From Rubripirellula sp. (GTDB lineage: Bacteria; Planctomycetota; Planctomycetia; Pirellulales; Pirellulaceae): a stretch of 64,000 nt of DNA. The stretch lies in assembly GCA_965216875.1 (NCBI GenBank), contig OZ244207.1, forward strand, positions 6,912,001 through 6,976,000. Reading direction: 5' to 3'. Both the position numbers and the translations under genes were made by a program. The notes under the pieces were generated by a model. That model worked only from the letters and a program-made list of their open reading frames with translations, had not been told where the DNA came from and made no database searches. Below are positions 10,083 to 20,048 of this stretch, in pieces. The stretch's first letter is position 1, and the number at the start of each line of letters is the position of its first letter.

Positions 10083-10853
10083 ATGATTGATCCTAGGCAA
10101 CGGCAGCTCGACGAAGATGGGTTTCTGGTGCTGCCCGATCTGATGTCACCGCGGCTTCTCGAGGAGGTCCGCACGCGGGTGGACGAGCTACTTGATGCCG
10201 AAGGCACTTCCGCAGGAAGCGAGTTCAAGCAGGAAGCCGGTTGTCGGCGACTGGCCAACCTCGTCAACAAGGGCGAAGTCTTTCAACGCATCATCGCGCA
10301 TGAAGCTGTATTGCCACTTGTTCGCTACGTCCTTGGTGATTTCAAGCTAAGCAGTTTGAACGTTCGAAGTGTGCTGCCCCATGGCACGGTCCGCCAGCCC
10401 TTGCACGCGGACATGGCGGCAGTCGCCGATGACCAAGGCTATTGGGTCTGCAATACGCTTTGGATGTTGGATGACTTTACCGACCGCAATGGCCCACTGC
10501 GTGTCGTGCCTGGTTCGCATTTGCTCCGCCAGCTTCCACAGGATGTTTTGGACGACCCGTCGGCAACGCACCCGCGTGAAACACAAGTCACTGGCCGAGC
10601 GGGGACGGTCGTGGTGATGAATGCTCACCTTTGGCACGGTGGGTTAGAAAACACGTCCGATCAACCACGGACTGCCCTGCATGGTTTTTTCTGCCGCTAC
10701 GACAAGCCTCAACAGCAATATCAGAAAGCACTGCTATCGGCGGACGTCAAGGAAAGTCTCACACCCAAGCTTCGCTCGTTGCTGGCACTTGATGATCCTG
10801 TGAACGATCAACTCAGTTCGTCCAATGTGCAGCGCAGCGGGTTTCTTAATTGA
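10083..10853 (+). CDS. Phytanoyl-CoA dioxygenase (PhyH) family Fe/2OG oxygenase
   Basis: DEDGFLVL, QPLHAD (HxD), NGPLRVVPGSH, HLWHGG...R. Confidence 0.88.
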   Translation: MIDPRQRQLDEDGFLVLPDLMSPRLLEEVRTRVDELLDAEGTSAGSEFKQEAGCRRLANLVNKGEVFQRIIAHEAVLPLVRYVLGDFKLSSLNVRSVLPHGTVRQPLHADMAAVADDQGYWVCNTLWMLDDFTDRNGPLRVVPGSHLLRQLPQDVLDDPSATHPRETQVTGRAGTVVVMNAHLWHGGLENTSDQPRTALHGFFCRYDKPQQQYQKALLSADVKESLTPKLRSLLALDDPVNDQLSSSNVQRSGFLN

Positions 10854-10962
10854 GCAACGGTGAATTTGGTGGGTCCCCCAAATTGGAGTTGAGCCCCGCC
10901 CCCGAGATTTGTTAGCTGTCGCGTCTTATGTAGTGCGAGGCACATACGAAGACGGGGACACC

Positions 10963-12138
10963 ATGAAACTGACTGCTCTTTTCGCGATCGTTTTGTTCAT
11001 CAACGCAGGGCTGCTTGGAGCGACGAGTGCGCGCTCGGCCGAATGGCCACCGGCGTTCGATCTGCAGCCGACAATTCAATCAAACGATCGACCGATCGGT
11101 TTGGTGGCAGGCTATTTTGATCAAGCCGAGCTTGCCTATCCGGCAACCCAAGCCGTTGACGGAACGACGAACACGTCCAACGTGATTGCGGCCAGTCATC
11201 AAGAGCCAAACCCGACAGACACCCAGAACGCTGCTAGCAGCAACCAGAGCGTTGATAGCAGGAACCAGAGCGTTGATAGCAGGAACCAGAGCGTTGATTA
11301 CGGGAACCGGGGCCTTGATCATGAGGGCCCGGTTGTTGAACAAATCGAGTTTGTTGAACCGGCCGCTGAGCAGATCTACGTGCCTGGCGAACTTCTGGAT
11401 CACTCCAAGAATTCCAAACGCAAACGTTGGTCGAACTTCGAAGTTTCTGGCGACTATCTTTCGCTATGGCGACGCGATTATCGTCTCATTGACATTCGAA
11501 GCGACGCCATAACGGGGTTCCGTGTTCGCGTTGCGGGAGACTTAGCTTTTGCTCCCTACTCTGACCATACGGTCTTCTCTGTCTCGCATGTGGGTTTCGA
11601 AGAAAACCAACAACTACGCGACGGCAGTGTTACGTTCCAGGCCCAAAGCAGCATCGTCAACCTGGATTCCGTCATCTCGAAGTCCCATTCAAGGCCTTTC
11701 GATCTCATCACTGGATTGAGGTACACGCGGCTGGGAAACCGGTTCAACGCGCTGTCGAATTCGGCTGGTGGAGTCGATATCGAATTGACCAACCACCTGT
11801 TCGGCGCACATGTGGGAGGACGGTTTGCGGTTCAATCCACGAAGTCCATTCAAATGACCGGCTACGGTGTGGTTGGCGGCGCGTTCAACGAGATGCGTGG
11901 TGGCATACAAGATTTGGCTAGCAACGCTCAGGTAGCAGGTACGGACTCGGAGTTCAGTCCCTATTGGGACACTGAGTTGGGGATCAAGTATCAAGCCACC
12001 AAGATTCTGCGACTGGGAGTCGGCTTTCGCGCGATGGCCTACTACGAAGCCCCCGACTTGCTGGAGAACTTGGAAGGCGATACTCAGGAACGATGGCTTC
12101 TCGTCGGCCTCAACACGCAGGCGATGCTTCATTTCTAG
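10963..12138 (+). CDS. Putative outer-membrane beta-barrel protein (possibly BBP7-like) with low-complexity N-terminal linker
   Basis: Signal peptide MKLTALFAIVLF..., amphipathic strands, NHLFGAHVG, C-terminal Phe (QAMLHF). Confidence 0.6.
   Translation: MKLTALFAIVLFINAGLLGATSARSAEWPPAFDLQPTIQSNDRPIGLVAGYFDQAELAYPATQAVDGTTNTSNVIAASHQEPNPTDTQNAASSNQSVDSRNQSVDSRNQSVDYGNRGLDHEGPVVEQIEFVEPAAEQIYVPGELLDHSKNSKRKRWSNFEVSGDYLSLWRRDYRLIDIRSDAITGFRVRVAGDLAFAPYSDHTVFSVSHVGFEENQQLRDGSVTFQAQSSIVNLDSVISKSHSRPFDLITGLRYTRLGNRFNALSNSAGGVDIELTNHLFGAHVGGRFAVQSTKSIQMTGYGVVGGAFNEMRGGIQDLASNAQVAGTDSEFSPYWDTELGIKYQATKILRLGVGFRAMAYYEAPDLLENLEGDTQERWLLVGLNTQAMLHF
11236..11319 (+). repeat. In-frame 21-bp tandem repeat (3 near-identical copies + 1 degenerate)
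   Basis: agcagcaaccagagcgttgat / agcaggaaccagagcgttgat x2 / tacgggaaccggggccttgat; encodes S(S/R)NQSVD. Confidence 0.95.
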
Positions 12139-13484
12139 GTCGACCTGAGGCACGGAAACCTCTGACGATCTTGGTCCATCAAGGCGGCCTTCAGCTTGTT
12201 GAACAGGTGCCCGTCAACTTTGGACCGTTCGGCTTCGGTTGGATCGGCATGTAAAAACTTTTCGAGGCGACCACGTTCGGCAATCGAAAGCCGATAGACC
12301 GATTCGGACAGCGACATTGTGTTGAGAAGCCTTTGGACAAAGGTCTCGAATGAGAGATTGAAATGGGTCGCGGTTTCCAGGATCGAACGCGAAAGAATTG
12401 CGCGGGATGCTTGAGGATCGGCTCGTAGGAAACGTCCAAATCGCGGCGAATCGGTCGAGAACATCGCAGCGAGGAAACGGACCAGCAACCGGGCTCGACG
12501 ATTGCGAAGACTGCCTGCTGACAAGCTCGCAGCGATCTGGTCGAAGCAGAGCTTGTCGTAGGCCAAGTCGAGTCGCTCAAGGACGATCGCACATTCCGTC
12601 TCGTCAAATCCGGCACGCTCGATCGCGCCGCGAATCTTGCTGAGCATGAACTCGAATTCATCCTGTTCGTCGACGCCCGACGACGATTCCGACCGCGCAC
12701 AAGCTCCGGGGGCAATGGTTTCGGAAAGGTCCTTTTCGATCGCCTCATGGTAAATCGAAGTCGTCGCTCGCTGGGTACGCGCGACAGCGGCGATCGTGCG
12801 CATCGTCCCTTGAGAAAACTGAGCACGATGATTCGACAAAAAATGAATGACCACCGCATCCGATTCGTCTGGTGTCAGTCGACGACTGAGGCGAAGTGTT
12901 TCCTGGTCGAGCATCCAGAAGATCTGCGGGAGTAAGCGACCAGCAGACAATGGCAAACAGTACTGATCGGCAAGGGCTTGCCCGCGAAGGTTCTTGACCG
13001 ATTCGCGAAGTGTCTTGTCCAAATAGGAGAAAAACTTGACGCGTCGTTCCTTGTCGAACAACAAGATCGCCCTGCCAAGCACATTGCCCAACGCATCAAT
13101 GTCGACTTCAAATCGATCGGCATATTTGTGAAGTAGCGGTTGAAAGCGATAGTAGATTTCCCAAAACGAATCGAGCGCTTGGGACTCGAGCTCGGCATAA
13201 GCCCGTTGTTGGCGTGCGGTGAGTTGTTGGACGCGTGTCGAAAGGAGTGGCGTAAGCTCGGACAGATAATTGAAGAGGACGCCCTGACGCCGGCCGTCGT
13301 CGGCGGGAGTGAATGTGTTTTCTCTCAGGTCGACGCCAAACGAGTTGCGCAAACCAAGTTTGAAGACAAAAATCGCCTCGAGATGACGTTGCAATGTTCC
13401 ACCGTCGAGGTGATCAATCGGGCGATCACCCGCTGCGTTGATGAGGATCGCTTCATCGACGGCGGTAGGGTTGCGTTTCTTCAT
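12135..13484 (-). CDS. Divergent sigma70-family-like protein with C-terminal extension
   Basis: Region-2-like YQPLL-type helix (FQPLLHKYA) and AILLFDKERRVKFFSYLDKTLRESV; region-3-like LSRRLTPDES; region-4-like DETECAIVLERL...FDQIAASLS...RRARLL. Confidence 0.6.
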   Translation of the reverse strand: MKKRNPTAVDEAILINAAGDRPIDHLDGGTLQRHLEAIFVFKLGLRNSFGVDLRENTFTPADDGRRQGVLFNYLSELTPLLSTRVQQLTARQQRAYAELESQALDSFWEIYYRFQPLLHKYADRFEVDIDALGNVLGRAILLFDKERRVKFFSYLDKTLRESVKNLRGQALADQYCLPLSAGRLLPQIFWMLDQETLRLSRRLTPDESDAVVIHFLSNHRAQFSQGTMRTIAAVARTQRATTSIYHEAIEKDLSETIAPGACARSESSSGVDEQDEFEFMLSKIRGAIERAGFDETECAIVLERLDLAYDKLCFDQIAASLSAGSLRNRRARLLVRFLAAMFSTDSPRFGRFLRADPQASRAILSRSILETATHFNLSFETFVQRLLNTMSLSESVYRLSIAERGRLEKFLHADPTEAERSKVDGHLFNKLKAALMDQDRQRFPCLRST

Positions 13485-13534
13485 TCCATCAAGAAAAGAA
13501 GATGAGGGTGATTCAGGTCCCGGACGGTCGCAGG

Positions 13535-13828
13535 TCAGGAGGTCGCGGCGGGATCTTCAATCCACTTTGCGAAGCATCGATTGCAGAGCGAAATCGTGAC
13601 GTGGCGATGCACTTGATCTTGCGCTTCCTGGGCCGATGTGTTTTGAAACGAATCGGCGAGCTGCTGGTATTCATCACGAAGATGCTGTGGATCCAGATCC
13701 GACCGAATCTCAAGCACGGGCGGCGTCGGGTCTGCCACGGCGTCGATCGTCACTTCGTAAAACTCGCCGTGGCCCTCTGATAGAGTCGATAAGCAGCGGG
13801 CGCACAGGCGAGTGTTGTCGTCGTTCAT
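13535..13828 (-). CDS. Small hypothetical protein, putative Zn-binding (CxxC...CxxC)
   Basis: 97 aa, CARC near the N-terminus and CNRC near the C-terminus; co-oriented with neighbours. Confidence 0.7.
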   Translation of the reverse strand: MNDDNTRLCARCLSTLSEGHGEFYEVTIDAVADPTPPVLEIRSDLDPQHLRDEYQQLADSFQNTSAQEAQDQVHRHVTISLCNRCFAKWIEDPAATS

Positions 13829-13881
13829 GTTGACTCGATGTGGCTGGTGGACATCGCGAAATGTCTCTCTTCTACGACGAT

Positions 13882-14274
13882 TCAGTCACAAAGGTTTAAT
13901 AGGGCCGTCAGGTTATCGACCAAATCTTCGCAAGAGAGCGGCTTGGCGAGCACACTGTCGGGTCTCAAATCGATCGGTTGGCGGTCTTCATCGACTGAAA
14001 ACCAGCCCGAAAGAACGATCACCGGTTTTGCCGGGGTGCGACGCTTGATCGCCGCAGCCAGCTCAAGTCCATCCATTCCCGGCATACTCATGTCTGTAAT
14101 CACCACGTCATGCTGGTCTTCGTCAAAATGAGCCAGACCCGAATCGCCGTCTTCGGCTGTTTCCACTTCCATCCCAAGTGATTTCAGTAGGGCGACCGTT
14201 GAAGAGCGAGCGGCGTGGTTATCGTCCACGTAAAGAATGCGTTTGCCGCGAAGGTGAGTTGCCAACTGTGTCAT
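13882..14274 (-). CDS. Single-domain response regulator (CheY-like)
   Basis: ILYVDD, VITDMSMPGMDG, VLSG, LAKP; start chosen at ATG 14274. Confidence 0.9.
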   Translation of the reverse strand: MTQLATHLRGKRILYVDDNHAARSSTVALLKSLGMEVETAEDGDSGLAHFDEDQHDVVITDMSMPGMDGLELAAAIKRRTPAKPVIVLSGWFSVDEDRQPIDLRPDSVLAKPLSCEDLVDNLTALLNLCD

Positions 14275-14841
14275 GACATTCTGCCTCAGCCTCGTGAAGA
14301 GATAATGACAGCCAATAGCGGGGTGGATAAGATAAATATTCCCTTTATCGGCTGTGAATGGTGAATTATTCACCCTTATGGGGCGTGTTGCAAGTCTGAA
14401 TGTCTGTTGGGTGGTGCGGCGCCGACCAATGTTACTGCTATGGACTTGCGGGCAGACGCGGTCTTGTTGCGGCTAGCCGCGGCGCTGGAGACCGTTTTTT
14501 CACCGTGTTTTCTGGGCCGATTCGAAACGCGACGCTGCTCGTGAAAGTGTGATCAAGAGCACTCAACGGGGACGCGATTGCGTGTTGGTTTCCGTTGCTA
14601 TCGAAGCCCGCTGAGATTTTGAAAGTTTTTGTTGGCCGGTGATTCAGCAAGCCTTGTTTGTCGTCCCGCCTTTCGTCGGAAAGGCCTGATGATTCGGGTT
14701 ACAGCTCGGTACGACGAACCAGCGGCTCAAGGAATCATTGCCCCTCTTGAGTCGATGGCGCCCGAGGAACGGGAGCAATGGGGTGATCGACTACAATCGT
14801 CCGCTTCGTTTCAAACACCCTTTGCCTTAATCGAAAACGCG

Positions 14842-16293
14842 ATGTCTTTGCTCCACCACAGCTCACCAAAGACCAGCGTCGTCAAACATTTGGCGTTCAT
14901 GCTGCTGGTTTCGATCCCACTTTCCCCCTTTGCCACTGCGGACCGGCCACCGAGCGTCAAGAACGTGTTGTTCGTCGTTTCGGATGACCTGAAAGCGAGT
15001 GTGCTGGGGTGCTATGGGGACAGACACTGTCAAACGCCAAACATCGATGCGCTCGCCGCTCGGGGTGTGGTGTTTGACCGAGCCTATTGCCAAGGCACTT
15101 GGTGTGCACCGTCGCGGCAATCGTTCATGTTCAGCCGCTACCAGGGTCAAAGCGACATTAACTTGGGGCAGCATTTTCGCGAGAACGGTTGGTACACGGC
15201 GCGCGTCGGCAAGATCTATCACATGCGCGTGCCCGGCGACATTATCGCGGGCACAAATGGCTTGGATGTTGCGTCGAGTTGGACGGAGCGTTTCAACGCG
15301 CCAGGTCCCGAAGCACATACGCCGGGCGATTATGAGTGTTTGAATCTGAATGTGTTCACGACCGACCTCGAGAATCGGCAATCGACACGGATGCCGCATC
15401 GCATGTTCGTATCGGTCAAGGATGCGGGCGACGGTTCAGGCCAAGCCGATTACAAGGCAGCGACCAAGGCCATTGAACTGCTGAGCGAGCATCGTGACGA
15501 ACCCTTCTTTCTTGCCGTCGGGTTCGTGCGGCCACACTACCCAATGGTGGCTCCACATCGTTTTTACGAACCCTACCCTTGGCAACAGATGGACCTTCCA
15601 CGTGCGATCGAAGGGGACGTGGACGACATTCCCAAGCTGGGATTGGCGGGAACACGGTCCAGCAAGAATGCGATCGGAAAGTACCCCGACAACCAAAAAC
15701 GAATGTGGAGTGCCTACTATGCATCCGTGCAATTCATGGATGAACAGGTTGGGCGGATCGTGTCTGAGCTTGATCGGTTGGGATTGCGCGAATCGACCGC
15801 GATCGTGTTCACGAGCGACCATGGTTATCACCTCGGCGAACACGGGTTCTGGCAGAAATCGAATCTGCACGAAGAAGTGCTCCGTGTGCCTCTGATCATT
15901 GATGCCCCTGGTTACGAATCAGGTCGTTCGGATTCGATTGTCGAGTTGATGGACATCTTCCCCACACTCACCGACTTGGCTGGAATCGATCATCCCGAGT
16001 CGGTGCAAGGATCGAGTTTGCGATCGATCCTCGCGGACAATGGGGCGACGGTCAAAGAGGGGGCGCTGTCGTTCAACAAGGGCTTTTCGTGGCGTACGCC
16101 CGATTGGCACTACATGCTTTACAACGATGGAACGCAAGAGTTGTATGACATGCGCGAGGATCCTGAGCAATTCACGAATCTCGCAACCCATTCGTCGCAC
16201 CGCGAGCATGTCGCGCGGCTTGATGATGCATTGAAGCGTCGATTGAAAGAGGTGGGCGTGAAGCTCCAAACCCGAAAGTCGAAAAAGAAATGA
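14842..16293 (+). CDS. Sulfatase (iduronate/choline sulfatase-like)
   Basis: NVLFVVSDDL, formylglycine motif CAPSR, GKIYH, RPHYP, SDHG; start chosen at ATG 14842. Confidence 0.92.
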   Translation: MSLLHHSSPKTSVVKHLAFMLLVSIPLSPFATADRPPSVKNVLFVVSDDLKASVLGCYGDRHCQTPNIDALAARGVVFDRAYCQGTWCAPSRQSFMFSRYQGQSDINLGQHFRENGWYTARVGKIYHMRVPGDIIAGTNGLDVASSWTERFNAPGPEAHTPGDYECLNLNVFTTDLENRQSTRMPHRMFVSVKDAGDGSGQADYKAATKAIELLSEHRDEPFFLAVGFVRPHYPMVAPHRFYEPYPWQQMDLPRAIEGDVDDIPKLGLAGTRSSKNAIGKYPDNQKRMWSAYYASVQFMDEQVGRIVSELDRLGLRESTAIVFTSDHGYHLGEHGFWQKSNLHEEVLRVPLIIDAPGYESGRSDSIVELMDIFPTLTDLAGIDHPESVQGSSLRSILADNGATVKEGALSFNKGFSWRTPDWHYMLYNDGTQELYDMREDPEQFTNLATHSSHREHVARLDDALKRRLKEVGVKLQTRKSKKK

Positions 16294-16354
16294 GTTCGAC
16301 GATGAGGTTTGCCGCCCAGACGAACACGCCCGTTGACCGACTTGAGAAAGAACG

Positions 16355-16873
16355 ATGCTCGCAACATTCAAAACCTTGATCGGTAATCAATTCGAAGCAG
16401 CCTATTGCACGCTTGAGCATTGTCGTCGCGAGTGTCCGGCGGAGCTTTGGCAAACGCCTGTTGCGAAGGCCCCTTTTTCCCAGGTCATGTTCCACACGCT
16501 GTTCTTCTGTGATTTCTACCTTGGTGATTCGCCACAAGATTTGCACGAGCAAACCTACCACCGCGATCATTCGGATTGGTTTGGCGACTACGAGCAGTTA
16601 CAGGATCGCATGCCAACATCGGTCTATACCAAAGAGTCGATTGAGGACTATCTGCAACACTGCCGTACAAAGACGGTTCGCCAGCTTGATCGGGAAACGG
16701 CCGCGACGCTTGAAGCAATGTGTCGGTTTCCACGTCGAAAGGTAACGCGAGCAGAGCTGTACGTTTATAACCTGCGACACGTCTATCACCACGCGGCCCA
16801 ACTCTCCCTGCGGCTTCGACTCGATTCGGAGGTTGATGTGCCCTGGGTTGATTCAGGTTGGCAACTCGACTGA
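16355..16873 (+). CDS. DinB family protein
   Basis: HTLFF...NLRHVYHHAAQL His-triad pattern. Confidence 0.85.
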   Translation: MLATFKTLIGNQFEAAYCTLEHCRRECPAELWQTPVAKAPFSQVMFHTLFFCDFYLGDSPQDLHEQTYHRDHSDWFGDYEQLQDRMPTSVYTKESIEDYLQHCRTKTVRQLDRETAATLEAMCRFPRRKVTRAELYVYNLRHVYHHAAQLSLRLRLDSEVDVPWVDSGWQLD

Positions 16874-16893
16874 AAACCGATCGACGATGCGAA

Positions 16894-17817
16894 CTAGCTT
16901 TTGCTGATCGATGCGAAGAATTCGTCAGGTCGATCGAGCTCGCGTTCATTGGCTTGTGGCGGATCAGCTTCGCGTATTCGAGTCCGTATGATCGAATAAG
17001 GCATGTAGGCGGCGACAACAAGTTGTTTCCCATCGCGAAACACTTCGACTTCGCAGCCTTGCATCAGGTTAGGGCCCGATTCTACGGTTCCAGCGATCGA
17101 ACGCCGTCCTTTTCGAATCATTTCTTTTTGGTTGGACATCACCAAACCAATACGAGCGATCAAGGTCTCTAGCTCGTACGCGTCTGCGCGCAGCGATTGG
17201 TTGTAGATGACCGTCAAGACATATTGCGAACCTGATTCCGAGCGGACTCCCGTGATACGTTGCTCGACGTTGCCTGCGTTTTCGTCATCTTCAGTGAAAC
17301 GACTGTCGTCGCCCGGTGGAAGCTGCAGGTCGTATCCCGAGAAGGTGACCGTTTCCCAGCCTTGGTGTTTGGCAGGCATGTTGGAATAGACCACGGCGCC
17401 GCCGATCGTGCCCAACACCAATAGCGACGTCACTGCGATTCCCACAACGATCCAAAGTTGTTTGGATCGATCATTTGCTTGCCGGCGCTGTGCCTGTTGG
17501 CGGTGATGCGGGTTTACCGATAACCGACTCGGCGCGGGCGGTGGCGGGGGTTGGATGGGTGGTGGGGGTTGAATCGGAGCGATGGGGGCGACAACCGGAG
17601 GTGCGGCGCCAACCCGGGCGGGCGCAGGCGTCACAGGTTGGGTGGAGCCGACGGGCACAACGACGGGTGCCTTGGGCAGCGGTTGGGTTGTTCCGGAATC
17701 ATTGCGGACGACGAGCACTTGGGAACACTTTGGGCAATCGATTTGCACCTCGTCGCCTGGAAACTCGACCTGCATCTTTGACCCGCAATTGGGGCAGACG
17801 ACTTGTTTGCAGCTCAT
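16894..17817 (-). CDS. Hypothetical bitopic membrane protein (Zn-ribbon, Pro-rich linker, TM, extracytoplasmic domain)
   Basis: CPNC...CPKC, PPPPIQPPPPP, hydrophobic LWIVVGIAVTSLLVLG. Confidence 0.8.
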   Translation of the reverse strand: MSCKQVVCPNCGSKMQVEFPGDEVQIDCPKCSQVLVVRNDSGTTQPLPKAPVVVPVGSTQPVTPAPARVGAAPPVVAPIAPIQPPPPIQPPPPPAPSRLSVNPHHRQQAQRRQANDRSKQLWIVVGIAVTSLLVLGTIGGAVVYSNMPAKHQGWETVTFSGYDLQLPPGDDSRFTEDDENAGNVEQRITGVRSESGSQYVLTVIYNQSLRADAYELETLIARIGLVMSNQKEMIRKGRRSIAGTVESGPNLMQGCEVEVFRDGKQLVVAAYMPYSIIRTRIREADPPQANERELDRPDEFFASISKS

Positions 17818-18116
17818 TCCGAATGCCCCGGAATTTGATGGGAATCGATGGCTAGAGAAAAGGACTGACAGGTCCGCAAAGGGGTGTCAGAACGACTATC
17901 TTCGCAATTTTCCTAAGTTGATGCCAACAAAAACGATCCAGAATCGTTGCCAATCACGGTGGCTGCCGTAAAGCCAGTTTGGCTGTGCCCACGCAGAATC
18001 GGATAGGCTGGCACGCCGAGTCGGTTTCGTAGCACGTCACCGTCAAGGGCGACACCAAGCCCATAAAATGAACAGGCATTTGCGAGTAGGGTTTGGAAGC
18101 GATGAAGGAGAGCAGC

Positions 18117-20048
18117 ATGCGCATTCACTTCGCACTCTTGTGGGGCATCTTGATTCCCGCGGCATTGGTTGGCTCAGGCCTGTTCATGGGTCGTGCGCTC
18201 GCCATCGAGGGCGACAAGCAATCGGCTGTTGCGGATTTCAAACAGAAGAAGCCATTCGACCTCAAGCTTCACAAACCGTTTATCGATCACGATCTGAGTC
18301 GCCCGAAGCCAAGCAGTAGCTTGCGGGACATGGGTTTGCCAGGACGCGACGTTGCCGGAACCTTGACGGATCATGCAGGCAATCCGATTCAAGATGCGTT
18401 GGTGGCGATTGTCGAACCGATTGGCTATTCGCGGCATTGTTACTTCGACAATTTCGACATGACGGACAGCGAGGGGCGTTTTCGCGTCAGGGGAGGTACC
18501 CAGAAGACGCGTCTCATTTTCCGTGTTGCAAGTGGCAAGTTGTGGGTGCATCACGTTGGCGAATCGACACCGCCATCGCCAATCGACGTCACTTGGCCAG
18601 AGTCTGGCGGAGTGTTGATTCAGGCTCCAGAGAGTCTTGCGAAACCAGGCAGCGATGTCGTCGTGCGCTCGAAAGCGTATTGGTCAGGCATGTCGGTGAT
18701 GAGCCAATCCGCCAAGCTGAGTGAATCGGGCATCGCTCGCGTCGATGAATTGATGCCTGCAGACTATGTCGTGACGGTTAGTCAGGAGGTTGTCATCGGC
18801 GGTAAGACCGAACAACGACAAGTCGACATCGGTCACTTTCGATTGAAGGCTGGCGAAATCAAACAAGTCAAATGCGTCCCTGGAAAAACAACCCTGACAG
18901 GCCGTCTTTCAGCCGGCGGTGTCATTCAACCGAGCTACGTTGTGATCGAGCGGATTCAGGAGTCGTATGTCGACCAACCCGTTGCCGCCGATTATGTGAG
19001 TTTGTCGAAAGAGGGTTCGTTTCGGTCACGACCTTTGCCGGCGGGGACCTACAGCGTTCGCGCGATGATGGCCAACGTTGGGCAACCTGGTCGATTTGGG
19101 TTTGGAGGCGCCACGGTTGCGGTTCAGCAGTGGCTCGTCACGATCGACGAATCGCAAGACTTGGTTGACCTTGATGAACTGCCCGCTCGAAGTGACGTCT
19201 TCTCGATCATTGATCAGGAAATTGATCGAGCGTTGCGCGGAACCGGTCGACGCAGTTCGTCGTCATCGGCCGGTCGTTTGGTCAAGCATGAAAAGCGAGC
19301 CGAAATCGAGCTCGAGTTGTTGCGCCTGATGACCGATGCTGGCTATCCCTACAACAAGCGACGCCAGATTCCGACGATCTTAGGCGGGATGCTCGATTCG
19401 CCCGCGGTTGTCATGGGACTTATTGGAGCGATCGAGCATCCACTGAATGTTCGCGAGCGGCGCGAGTACTTGCGCGCTGTCGGGCAATCGACGGTCCACG
19501 TAGATGCCATCGTGGATCAACTCGAATCGCTATTAGAAGATTCGGATCACATCGCGCGTGGGATCGTCGTCCGCGGGCTAGGGACGTTGGCGGTGCGGAA
19601 TCCAGAGCATCGTCCTCGGATCGAAAAGCTGCTGGTGCGGTGTTTAGATGATGGCATCGCGACAACACGCAGCACTGCGATCGATTTTCTCGGCCAAATC
19701 AACGCTGCTGATTCGGTTCCCGCCTTGATGGCAGCGGCCGAAGATGAATACCGACCGGCGGCGGTGATGGCTGGTTACGCGATCTGGAAGATCACCGGTG
19801 ATGCCGATGCAACCTACGGAGTGATGACGCGTGTACTCGGCAGTGAGGGGCTTTCAGGGATGTGGGAGGCGGCCTACTTCATGCAGCAAGTCGCAGAAAA
19901 ACACCCCGTCCCCGACGATACCAGGCGCGTGTTGCGACGTGTCTCCAAAATGGCAGGCAAACCGCCGTTTCGAAACAGCTTTGAATATGAGCAATCTCGC
20001 GCTGCGAAGGCAGCTCAGAAAGTGCTTGATCTTGTCGCAGAACGATGA
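18117..20048 (+). CDS. Exported protein with carboxypeptidase-regulatory-like beta domains and C-terminal HEAT repeats
   Basis: SD aaggag before ATG 18117; GTLTDHAGNPIQDALV...TDSEGRF; C-terminal helical repeats. Confidence 0.7.
   Translation: MRIHFALLWGILIPAALVGSGLFMGRALAIEGDKQSAVADFKQKKPFDLKLHKPFIDHDLSRPKPSSSLRDMGLPGRDVAGTLTDHAGNPIQDALVAIVEPIGYSRHCYFDNFDMTDSEGRFRVRGGTQKTRLIFRVASGKLWVHHVGESTPPSPIDVTWPESGGVLIQAPESLAKPGSDVVVRSKAYWSGMSVMSQSAKLSESGIARVDELMPADYVVTVSQEVVIGGKTEQRQVDIGHFRLKAGEIKQVKCVPGKTTLTGRLSAGGVIQPSYVVIERIQESYVDQPVAADYVSLSKEGSFRSRPLPAGTYSVRAMMANVGQPGRFGFGGATVAVQQWLVTIDESQDLVDLDELPARSDVFSIIDQEIDRALRGTGRRSSSSSAGRLVKHEKRAEIELELLRLMTDAGYPYNKRRQIPTILGGMLDSPAVVMGLIGAIEHPLNVRERREYLRAVGQSTVHVDAIVDQLESLLEDSDHIARGIVVRGLGTLAVRNPEHRPRIEKLLVRCLDDGIATTRSTAIDFLGQINAADSVPALMAAAEDEYRPAAVMAGYAIWKITGDADATYGVMTRVLGSEGLSGMWEAAYFMQQVAEKHPVPDDTRRVLRRVSKMAGKPPFRNSFEYEQSRAAKAAQKVLDLVAER

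Noticed and set aside
11236..11319. Tandem repeat as a CRISPR array
   Set aside because: No spacers, in-frame within a CDS, no cas genes
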